NCBI GenBank assembly: GCA_045804885.1
Contig: JBJMMH010000212.1
Location: 1-53,139, forward strand
Reading direction: 5' to 3'
DNA: 53,139 nt
DNA from: Chloroflexota bacterium
GTDB taxonomy: Bacteria; Chloroflexota; Limnocylindria; Limnocylindrales; CSP1-4
Shown: one piece after another, positions 35,701-42,799 of the stretch
How the letters are laid out: each line of letters starts with the position of its first letter
Position numbering within the stretch: the first letter of the stretch is position 1
Made by a program: the position numbers and the translations under genes
The notes under the pieces: generated by a model
Database searches by the model: none
Told to the model about the DNA's origin: nothing
Seen by the model: the letters and a program-made list of their open reading frames with translations, nothing else

Positions 35701-38033
35701 GCGGCTGGTACGGCAACCCGTCGGGCCAGGTGCAGCCCGGTCAACGAGCCCTCGGCCCTGACGAGCTCTGCCGGCGTTCCCTCGAAGATCACCCGACCGC
35801 CGTCATGGCCGCCGCCGGGACCCAGGTCGATGACCCAGTCGGCGCGCGCGACGACGTCGAGATTGTGCTCGATGACGATGACCGTTCGACCGGACTCGAC
35901 GAGCCCGTCGAGCAGTCCGATGAGGGCGTCGACGTCCTGCATGTGGAGGCCGGTCGTCGGCTCGTCCAGGACGTATACCTCGGTGTCGCCCGACATCTCG
36001 ATCGCGAGCTTGAGGCGCTGGCGCTCCCCGCCCGACAGCGTGTCGAGCTCCTGACCGAGCGACACGTAGCCAAGGCCGACGTCGGCGAGGCGGTCGAGCA
36101 TGGTCCGGACCGGCCGCTCGGTGAAGAAGTCGCGCGCCTCCTCGACCGGCATCGCCAGCACGTCGACGATGTTCCGGCCGCGGAGGCGGTACTCGAGAAC
36201 GTCGTCGGTGAAGCGACGGCCCTCGCAGACTTCGCAGACGCTCACGACCTCGGCCATGAACCCGAGGCTCGTGTACGTCTTGCCGAGGCCGTTGCAGTTG
36301 GGGCAGGCCCCCTCGGAGTTCGCGCTGAACAGCGCCGGCTTCACCCCGTTGGCCTTGGCAAACGCCATCCGGATGGGGTCGAGGATGCCGGTGTAGGTCG
36401 CCGGGTTCGAGCGGCGCGAGCCGCGGATCGCCGACTGGTCGATGACCGTCACCGACGGGTCCGTCCGCGGCAGACAGCCGTGAATAAGGGAGCTCTTGCC
36501 GGAGCCGGCGACGCCGGACACCGCGACGAGCACGCCGAGCGGGATGTCGACGGAAACGTCCTTGAGGTTGTGGAGGCGGGCGTTCCGGATCGGGATCGAC
36601 CCTCGCGACGGGCGTGGTTCCCGCTTCAGCTCCTGGCGGACGTCGAGGTGGCGGCCGGTCGCGGTCCCTGAGGCGAGGAGGCCATCCACGGATCCCTCGT
36701 ACACGACGGTCCCACCGTGCGGCCCCGCGCCCGGCCCCATGTCGACGATGTGGTCGGCGACCCGCATCACCTCCGGATCGTGCTCGACGACGAGGACGGT
36801 GTTGCCCTTGTCGCGGAGACGACGAAGCAGCGAGTTCATCCGCTCGACATCGTGGGCGTGCAGCCCGATCGTCGGCTCGTCGAAGACGTACGTCACGTCC
36901 GTCAGCGACGACCCGAGGTGCCGGATCATCCGGGTCCGCTGCGCCTCGCCGCCCGACAGGGTGCCCGACGAGCGATCGAGGCTGAGGTAGCCGAGGCCCA
37001 TCTCGACGAACGAGTCGAGGTTCTCGGCCAATCCCGCGAGCAGGGGCGCCACCGACGGTTCGGCCAGGCTGCGGACCCAGACGGCGAGGTCGCTGATCTG
37101 CATCGCCCAGGCATCGGCGATGCTGATCCCGTCGATCTTCGACGAGCGAGCCGCCTCGTTGAGCCGGGACCCGCCACAGTCGGGGCACGAGCTGAACGTG
37201 ACCGCCCGTTCGACGAACGCCCGGATGTGCGGCTGGAGCGCCCCGACGTCCTTCGAGAGCATCGACTTCTGGATCCGGGGGACCAGTCCCTCGTATGTCA
37301 GGTTGATGCCGTTGATCCGAACCTTGACCGCGTCCTTGTACAGGAAGTCGTGGAGCTCCGCCTCCGAGTAGTCGCGGATCGCCTTGTCGGCGTCGAAGAA
37401 GCCGGATTCGCTGAACATCCGCGTCGACCAGCCGTCCGCGGTGTATCCGGGGATCGTGATCGCACCCTCGTTGAGCGACTTCGTCTCGTCGTACAGCTGG
37501 GTCAGGTCGATCGCGCTCGCGGTCCCCATGCCTTCGCACCTGGGGCACATCCCGCCGGCGACGCTGAAGCTGCGGCTCTCGGTCTTTCCGTTGCCGCGTT
37601 CGACGCGGATCGCCCCGCCGCCCGAGACCGAAGGGACGTTGAAGGAGAATGCCTGCGGCCCGCCGATGTGCGGCTTCGCGACGCGGCTGAAGACGACGCG
37701 CAGCATCGCGTTGGCGTCGGTCACGGTGCCGACCGTCGAGCGAACGTTCGCGCCCAGCCGTTCCTGGTCGACGATGATCGCCGTCGTCAAGCCTTCCAGG
37801 GAGTCGACATCGGGCCGGGCCAGCGTCGGCATGAATCCCTGGACGAAGGCGCTGTAGGTCTCGTTGATCAGGCGCTGTGATTCGGCGGCGATCGTGCCGA
37901 AGACCAGCGAGCTCTTGCCCGAACCCGAAACGCCGGTGAACACGGTCAGCCGGCGTTTCGGGATGTCGAGGCTGATGTTCCGAAGGTTGTTCCCGCGGGC
38001 GCCGCGGACCTCGATCGCGCCCCAGTCGGCCAT
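35697..38033 (-). CDS. UvrA-like ABC ATPase paralogue (short, UvrA2/DrrC-type)
   Basis: 778 aa from ATG 38033. Two ABC modules (GVSGSGKSS/LSGGEAQR and GVAGSGKSS/LSGGERQR) and CxxC zinc modules (CPRCEGMG, CPDCGGSR, CPNCNGLG, CEVCEGRR). It is shorter than canonical UvrA. Confidence 0.85.
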   Translation of the reverse strand: MADWGAIEVRGARGNNLRNISLDIPKRRLTVFTGVSGSGKSSLVFGTIAAESQRLINETYSAFVQGFMPTLARPDVDSLEGLTTAIIVDQERLGANVRSTVGTVTDANAMLRVVFSRVAKPHIGGPQAFSFNVPSVSGGGAIRVERGNGKTESRSFSVAGGMCPRCEGMGTASAIDLTQLYDETKSLNEGAITIPGYTADGWSTRMFSESGFFDADKAIRDYSEAELHDFLYKDAVKVRINGINLTYEGLVPRIQKSMLSKDVGALQPHIRAFVERAVTFSSCPDCGGSRLNEAARSSKIDGISIADAWAMQISDLAVWVRSLAEPSVAPLLAGLAENLDSFVEMGLGYLSLDRSSGTLSGGEAQRTRMIRHLGSSLTDVTYVFDEPTIGLHAHDVERMNSLLRRLRDKGNTVLVVEHDPEVMRVADHIVDMGPGAGPHGGTVVYEGSVDGLLASGTATGRHLDVRQELKREPRPSRGSIPIRNARLHNLKDVSVDIPLGVLVAVSGVAGSGKSSLIHGCLPRTDPSVTVIDQSAIRGSRRSNPATYTGILDPIRMAFAKANGVKPALFSANSEGACPNCNGLGKTYTSLGFMAEVVSVCEVCEGRRFTDDVLEYRLRGRNIVDVLAMPVEEARDFFTERPVRTMLDRLADVGLGYVSLGQELDTLSGGERQRLKLAIEMSGDTEVYVLDEPTTGLHMQDVDALIGLLDGLVESGRTVIVIEHNLDVVARADWVIDLGPGGGHDGGRVIFEGTPAELVRAEGSLTGLHLARRVAVPAA

Positions 38034-38044
38034 CGTCGCGCCGT

Positions 38045-38491
38045 TCAGCCGACGGCCTTCCTGACGAGATCGGCGAGCCTGGCTTCCACGGCCGGCGTGA
38101 GCTCCGCCACCGCGTAGGCAACGGGCCACATCTCGCCGTCGTCGACGTTGGCATCCGGCTGGAAGCCGAACGTCGAGTAGCGAACCTTGAACTTGGACTT
38201 GGGCTGGAAGAAGCAGATCGTCTTGCCGTCCTTGGCATACGCCGGCATTCCGTAATAGGTCTTCGGCAGCAGCGACGGCGCAGTCTTCACGACGAGGGCG
38301 TGGATCCGCTCAGCCATCGATCGGTCGGGCTCAGGCATCTCGGCGATCTTCGCCTGGATCTCCTGCTCGCCGGCTTCGCGCTCCTGCTCGGGGCTGAGAC
38401 GCGCGCGCGACTTGCGCTCCCGGGCGCTCTCCTGCATCGCGGCTCGCTCTTCGTCCGTCCACACGTTGCCGGCTTTCTGTTTGGTGGGCAT
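38045..38491 (-). CDS. DUF1801 (YdhG-like) domain protein
   Basis: 148-aa ORF with AAAGGAG upstream. The C-terminal half (YGMPAYAKDGKTICFFQ...) is typical of DUF1801. It sits 11 nt upstream of the UvrA-like gene. Confidence 0.65.
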   Translation of the reverse strand: MPTKQKAGNVWTDEERAAMQESARERKSRARLSPEQEREAGEQEIQAKIAEMPEPDRSMAERIHALVVKTAPSLLPKTYYGMPAYAKDGKTICFFQPKSKFKVRYSTFGFQPDANVDDGEMWPVAYAVAELTPAVEARLADLVRKAVG

Positions 38492-38514
38492 GTCAGGTAC
38501 TCCTTTGGGATGCG

Positions 38515-38946
38515 TCAGGCGGTGGCGGCGGCTGCCGTCGTCTTGCGCTCGAGGATCCGGATGGCGTTGCCGAACGGGTCCCGAAGGCCCATGTCGGTGC
38601 CGTAGAAGTGGTCGATCGGCTCCTGCGTGAAGTCGGAGACGCCCCGCTCCTGGAGCGTCTCGTACAGCGCTCGAGCGTCGTCGGTGTGGAAGACGAGGCC
38701 GCCCAGAGCGCCCTTCGCGATCAGCTCCCGGAGCTGCTCGGCGGTCGCCTCATCGTGGAGCGGCGGGCCGGGCTGCTCGAGGTTGATCTCCACGTCGGGG
38801 TTGCCCGGCACGCGGACTGTCAGCCAGCGGTAGTCGCCCTGCTTGAAGTCAGAGCCCTTCTCGAGGCCGAGCTTGTTGACGTAGAAGTCGAGCGCCTCGT
38901 CCTTGTCGAGGACGTAGATCGAGGCGACGTTGAGCCTGGTGATCAT
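38515..38946 (-). CDS. VOC (glyoxalase/bleomycin-resistance) family protein
   Basis: 143-aa ORF with GGAGAG upstream. Contains FYVNKLGLE... and ...GLRDPFGNAIRILE. Confidence 0.8.
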   Translation of the reverse strand: MITRLNVASIYVLDKDEALDFYVNKLGLEKGSDFKQGDYRWLTVRVPGNPDVEINLEQPGPPLHDEATAEQLRELIAKGALGGLVFHTDDARALYETLQERGVSDFTQEPIDHFYGTDMGLRDPFGNAIRILERKTTAAAATA

Positions 38947-38986
38947 CGGTCGTTCTCTCCGCTGCGGGTGTCCATCTGAACGCGGT

Positions 38987-39463
38987 TCAGGCTACGGGAG
39001 CCGCCTCCGCGCGGGCTTCTCCAAAACTGCTGACTTGCGTCGTGTCGTCGGCGGGCGACGCCTCGCCCGCGGATACGCGGGGCCGCATCGCCCACATCTG
39101 GACGCAGTTCGGCGCCACCATCGGCCCGTGGCCCTCGCGGTAGCTCGACGGTGTCTCGCCGATGATCTCGCGGAACGTGCGGCTGAAGGTCCCGAGGCTC
39201 ATGAAGCCGACGTCGAAGCAGATCTCGGTGATGCTTCGTTCGGTCTCGCGGAGGAGGAACATCGAGCGCTCGACGCGACGCCGCTGGAGGTACCGATGCG
39301 GCGTCTCTCCGAACGCCGCCCGGAAGCTTCGGATGAAGTACGCCTCCGAGACGTGCGCTACGGCCGCAACGGCGGGGACATCGAGCGGTTCCGCGTAGGC
39401 ACGGTCCATGGCATCGCGGGCGCGCAGGAGGCGCCGGTTGAAGTCCTCGACCTCGCGACTCAT
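38987..39463 (-). CDS. AraC-family HTH transcriptional regulator (short, DNA-binding domain only)
   Basis: 158 aa from ATG 39463. It has a double HTH (VAAVAHVSEAYFIRSFRAAFGETPHRYL...ITEICFDVGFMSLGTFSRTFREIIGETP). I see no recognisable effector domain. Confidence 0.75.
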   Translation of the reverse strand: MSREVEDFNRRLLRARDAMDRAYAEPLDVPAVAAVAHVSEAYFIRSFRAAFGETPHRYLQRRRVERSMFLLRETERSITEICFDVGFMSLGTFSRTFREIIGETPSSYREGHGPMVAPNCVQMWAMRPRVSAGEASPADDTTQVSSFGEARAEAAPVA

Positions 39464-39559
39464 GGCCGAAACGCTACGGCATCCGGCGCTGTTGTGGCAT
39501 TTCGCGGGCTGGCCCGGGCCCAATCCCTTGAAGGATCCGCGCCGCTTAGACTGCCAGGG

Positions 39560-39823
39560 ATGGACTTCCTGCGCGGGATCTTCGGTCGCGGCCGTGAACG
39601 AGCCGACGACGACGCACCGGTCGGCCTCGACGAAAGGGCGAGTGCGTCGCCGCAGAGCGACCTCGAGGAGCGCCAGCACGAGCTGGACGTGCTGCGCGCG
39701 GAGGCGGAACGACTCGACGAGCTGACCCAGCGCCAACTCAAGTACTCGGCGTACTCATGGCAGCCGCCGGATCAGGGTGGCGAGCGGCGCGCCGACGACG
39801 CTGAGGGTTCCTCGGGCTCCTGA
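39560..39823 (+). CDS. Hypothetical small acidic protein (possible coiled coil)
   Basis: 87 codons from ATG 39560 with high third-position GC like neighbouring genes. I recognise no family. It is divergent from the AraC gene. Confidence 0.4.
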   Translation: MDFLRGIFGRGRERADDDAPVGLDERASASPQSDLEERQHELDVLRAEAERLDELTQRQLKYSAYSWQPPDQGGERRADDAEGSSGS

Positions 39824-39849
39824 GCCCTGGCCGCGTGTCGCGGGAGCGC

Positions 39850-39877
39850 TTGACGGGCGCGATATTCGCGTTAGTAT
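39850..39877 (+). promoter_or_regulatory. Candidate sigma-70-type promoter giving a leaderless tetR mRNA, with embedded inverted repeat
   Basis: TTGACG (39850..39855), 16 nt, then TAGTAT (39872..39877). The ATG at 39886 lies 8 nt after the -10. Inverted repeat CGCGA-tat-TCGCG (39858..39870) sits in the spacer. Confidence 0.4.
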
Positions 39878-39885
39878 TCACTCAC

Positions 39886-40491
39886 ATGAAAGCGACTGCG
39901 GCGTCGTCGTCCCGTCCCTATCGCATGGGCGCACGCGCCCACGCGACCGCCGAAACCAGAACCCGCATCCTCCGTGCCGTCCTCGACCTCCACATCGAGC
40001 GGTTTCACGACCAGATCACGCTCGAGGACGTAGCCGAACGGGCGGGCGTCACCGTCCAGACGGTGCTTCGACACTTCGGCTCTCGGGACGCGCTCGTCAC
40101 GGCCGCCGCCGAGCAGGCGACGAGCGACGTTCTCGCGCAGCGGAATACCGCACCGGTCGGCGACGTCGAGGGTGCAGTCGAGAACCTGATCGATCACTAC
40201 GAGGAGTGGGGACGGTCGTCATTGCGGCTACTCGTGCAGGAGGAGCAGGTTCCCCAGCTCCGCGCCGTCGCGGACCGTGGTCGAGCGCTCCACTACGCAT
40301 GGGTCGATCGCACGTTCGGGCCGCTCCTCGCCGACACGTCGGACGCGCTGCTGCGGTCGAAGCTCATCGCGCTCACGGACGTATTCACGTGGAAGCTCCT
40401 CCGACTCGATCTCGGCCTCGACCGCACCGAGACCGAGTCGGCACTCGCCGGCATGATCGGCGCGGTCGTCGGAGACAGGAGGAAGTCATGA
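39886..40491 (+). CDS. TetR family transcriptional regulator
   Basis: N-terminal HTH ITLEDVAERAGVTVQTVLRHFGSRDAL. ATG 39886 is preferred on the promoter geometry (the track ORF starts at 39835). The stop overlaps the next start (ATGA). Confidence 0.8.
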   Translation: MKATAASSSRPYRMGARAHATAETRTRILRAVLDLHIERFHDQITLEDVAERAGVTVQTVLRHFGSRDALVTAAAEQATSDVLAQRNTAPVGDVEGAVENLIDHYEEWGRSSLRLLVQEEQVPQLRAVADRGRALHYAWVDRTFGPLLADTSDALLRSKLIALTDVFTWKLLRLDLGLDRTETESALAGMIGAVVGDRRKS

Positions 40492-41810
40492 GCCGGGAAT
40501 TCCTGTTCGTGCTCTGGGCTGGTGGTGGCAATGTGCCGCCACAGCTAACGCTCGCGCGCCGGCTGGCCGCCCGGGGTCATCGCGTGCGGATGCTCGCCCC
40601 GCAAGTGCTGCGTGAGTCGATCGAAGCGGCCGGGATCGAGTTCGAGCCGTACCGGGCGACCCCGGAGCACGACGAATCGCTGCCCGAGCGATCCCTCGTC
40701 CGCGACTTCGAGGCACGCACGAAGGTCGGCGCACTCGCCGCGGCCCGCGACAACCTCGTCGCCGCGACGGCCGGCCCGGTGGCGGCGGACGTCCTGGCGA
40801 CGCTCGAGCGCCGACCCGCCGATGTCGTCGCCTTCGATTTCCTGCTGTTCGGCGCGCAGTTCGCCGCCGAGAAGGCCGGGCTCCCCGCGGCGATGGTGAT
40901 CCACACGATCTACCCCTTCCCCGCGCCCGGCCTGCCGTCCTATGGAATGGGCTGGTCGCCCATGGCCGGACCGCTCGGAACCGTCCGCGAGGCGGTCGGC
41001 CGATTGATGTTTCGGCAGGTTTACGAACGACCGTTGCTGCCCCGCTTCAACGCCGTTCGCGCGGACCTCGGCCTCCAACCGCTGCGGACGTTCGAAGAGC
41101 TCCTCGAGCGAGTCGACCGGATGCTCGTGCTGACTTCGCGGGCGTTCGACTTCCCCGCGCGCCTTCCCGGGAACGTTGAATACGTCGGGCCGCAGCTCGA
41201 CCTCCGGCCACCGACGTCGGCCTGGCAGTCGCCATGGTCGCCCGGGGATGACCGTCCGCTCGTCGTGGTCGGGCTCAGCACGACCCACCAGGCCCACGAC
41301 CCGTTGCTGGAGCGGATCGTCGCCGCCCTCGGGAGCCTTCACATTCGCGCGCTGATCTCAACCGGCGGCGCCACGCTTCGGTCGACGCCGCCCGCCAACG
41401 CTCATGTCGCGCGGTACGTGCCGCATGCCGACGTGCTCCCCGAGGCCGCCCTCGTCGTGACCCATGCCGGTCTCGGAACTGTCCATGCCGCGCTCGCCCA
41501 CGGCGTGCCGCTGGTCTGCCTGCCGATCGGTCGTGACCAGCCCGACAACGCGGCCAGGGTCGTGTCGCACGGCGCCGGGTTGCGGCTGTCGCCGAAGAGC
41601 CGGCCGAGTGACATCCGCGCGGCCGTTGCGTCCGTGCTCCGCGACCCTGCATTCGCCGCGTCGGCGCGACGACTGGCCGGCGCATTTGCGGCGGAGCAAC
41701 CGGCGGAGCGCGCGCCGAGGGCGCTCGAGGCAGTGGCGGGCGACCCGGCGGCGGCAAGGGCGACTGCGCCGCGGCCGGCCGCGATGGAGGAGGTGGTCTC
41801 GACCCGATAG
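40488..41810 (+). CDS. GT1-family (MGT/OleD-like, UDP-glycosyltransferase) small-molecule glycosyltransferase
   Basis: 440 aa from ATG 40488. The C-terminal nucleotide-sugar motif is THAGLGTVHAALAHGVPLVCLPIGRDQPDNAARV. Confidence 0.8.
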   Translation: MSREFLFVLWAGGGNVPPQLTLARRLAARGHRVRMLAPQVLRESIEAAGIEFEPYRATPEHDESLPERSLVRDFEARTKVGALAAARDNLVAATAGPVAADVLATLERRPADVVAFDFLLFGAQFAAEKAGLPAAMVIHTIYPFPAPGLPSYGMGWSPMAGPLGTVREAVGRLMFRQVYERPLLPRFNAVRADLGLQPLRTFEELLERVDRMLVLTSRAFDFPARLPGNVEYVGPQLDLRPPTSAWQSPWSPGDDRPLVVVGLSTTHQAHDPLLERIVAALGSLHIRALISTGGATLRSTPPANAHVARYVPHADVLPEAALVVTHAGLGTVHAALAHGVPLVCLPIGRDQPDNAARVVSHGAGLRLSPKSRPSDIRAAVASVLRDPAFAASARRLAGAFAAEQPAERAPRALEAVAGDPAAARATAPRPAAMEEVVSTR

Positions 41811-41874
41811 CCGCCGCGGGGCCCGCCGCGCCAGTGGGCGTCGAGGAGCCGTGTGGACGGACCGGCGGCGAAGC

Positions 41875-42696
41875 CTAGATCCGGCCGAGGACGAGCGCTG
41901 CCACGATCAGCACGCTGAGGGTGTTGAGCGTGCAGTGGACCGCCATGCCGAGGAAGATGTTCTGCTTCCAGCGGACCGCGTAGACCATTGGGGCGAGTCC
42001 GACGATGCGAGCCAATACCTGCCAGGGCGACCAGAAGTGGTACAGCGAGAAGAGGCTGACGTTGACCAGCGGCGCCCAGCGGCCCAGCCGTTCCATCCGG
42101 GGCAGGAGATAGCCGCGGAAATAGAGCTCCTCGACGATTGGGCCGACAAGGCCGTTGATCGCCAGGTACGCCGCGAGCGTCACGATCCAGGCGGAGGCGC
42201 TGTAGTCGCCGATCCGATCGAGCGAGATGGGCGACACGTACCACGCGGGCAGCCACCCGAAGAACCGATCCAGAACCGCCGGCTCGATGGCCTGGAGGAG
42301 ACCGAAGCCAAGGAACGCAATGACGACGAGAGTCGGCACTAGGACCGCCCACTCGCGGGCCGGGAGGCCGCGGCGGTAGGGAATGAGGTCGGCGACGCGG
42401 GCGTCCTCGCGGCGAGCGGCCCACAACACGACGCCGAGCTCGGTCGGGACGAGGATCACGACGATCGCGGTGAGCAGCGCCGCGATCGGCGGAAAACCGA
42501 GAGCACCGACGACCGGCGCGAGGAGCACGAAGCCCGCGGTCATGAGTGCTCCGGGAATGATGTGGAGTGCGAGAAGGGCGAGCGTCGAGAGCTGGCTCGT
42601 CTCGGTCGATGTCACAGCGGATGGTGGCGCCGCCGCCAGCGGCCTCGTCGTCATGGGTCTGACCCCTCGCGTGACGGCCCGAGAAGGCTCGGACAT
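41875..42696 (-). CDS. CPBP (CAAX) family intramembrane metalloprotease
   Basis: EELYFRG, FSLYH and HCTLN motifs within a multi-TM ORF. The start is ATG 42696 or ATG 42654. The remainder of the 463-aa ORF upstream is Arg-rich. Confidence 0.75.
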   Translation of the reverse strand: MSEPSRAVTRGVRPMTTRPLAAAPPSAVTSTETSQLSTLALLALHIIPGALMTAGFVLLAPVVGALGFPPIAALLTAIVVILVPTELGVVLWAARREDARVADLIPYRRGLPAREWAVLVPTLVVIAFLGFGLLQAIEPAVLDRFFGWLPAWYVSPISLDRIGDYSASAWIVTLAAYLAINGLVGPIVEELYFRGYLLPRMERLGRWAPLVNVSLFSLYHFWSPWQVLARIVGLAPMVYAVRWKQNIFLGMAVHCTLNTLSVLIVAALVLGRI

Positions 42697-42733
42697 CTCC
42701 GACGATCTTCCACGTCGTTGGGCGCCCCGCCAT

Positions 42734-42770
42734 CCGGGCTGACGGCGGAAGCGGGAGAGGGTCAGCCCGG
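42734..42770 (-). terminator. Stem-loop downstream of the histidine kinase gene (CCGGGCTGAC-17 nt-GTCAGCCCGG)
   Basis: Perfect 10-bp stem with a 17-nt loop, between the HK stop (42800) and the CPBP start. There is no U-tract. Confidence 0.35.
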
Positions 42771-42799
42771 AGGACGCGCTCCCCGTCGGGTACCGTCGG

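Noticed and set aside
42609-42640. TGTCACA motif considered as an ECF41-type target promoter.
   Set aside because: It lies inside and antisense to the CPBP protease coding region. The downstream spacing does not give the expected CGTC element, and it is 8 kb from the sigma gene.
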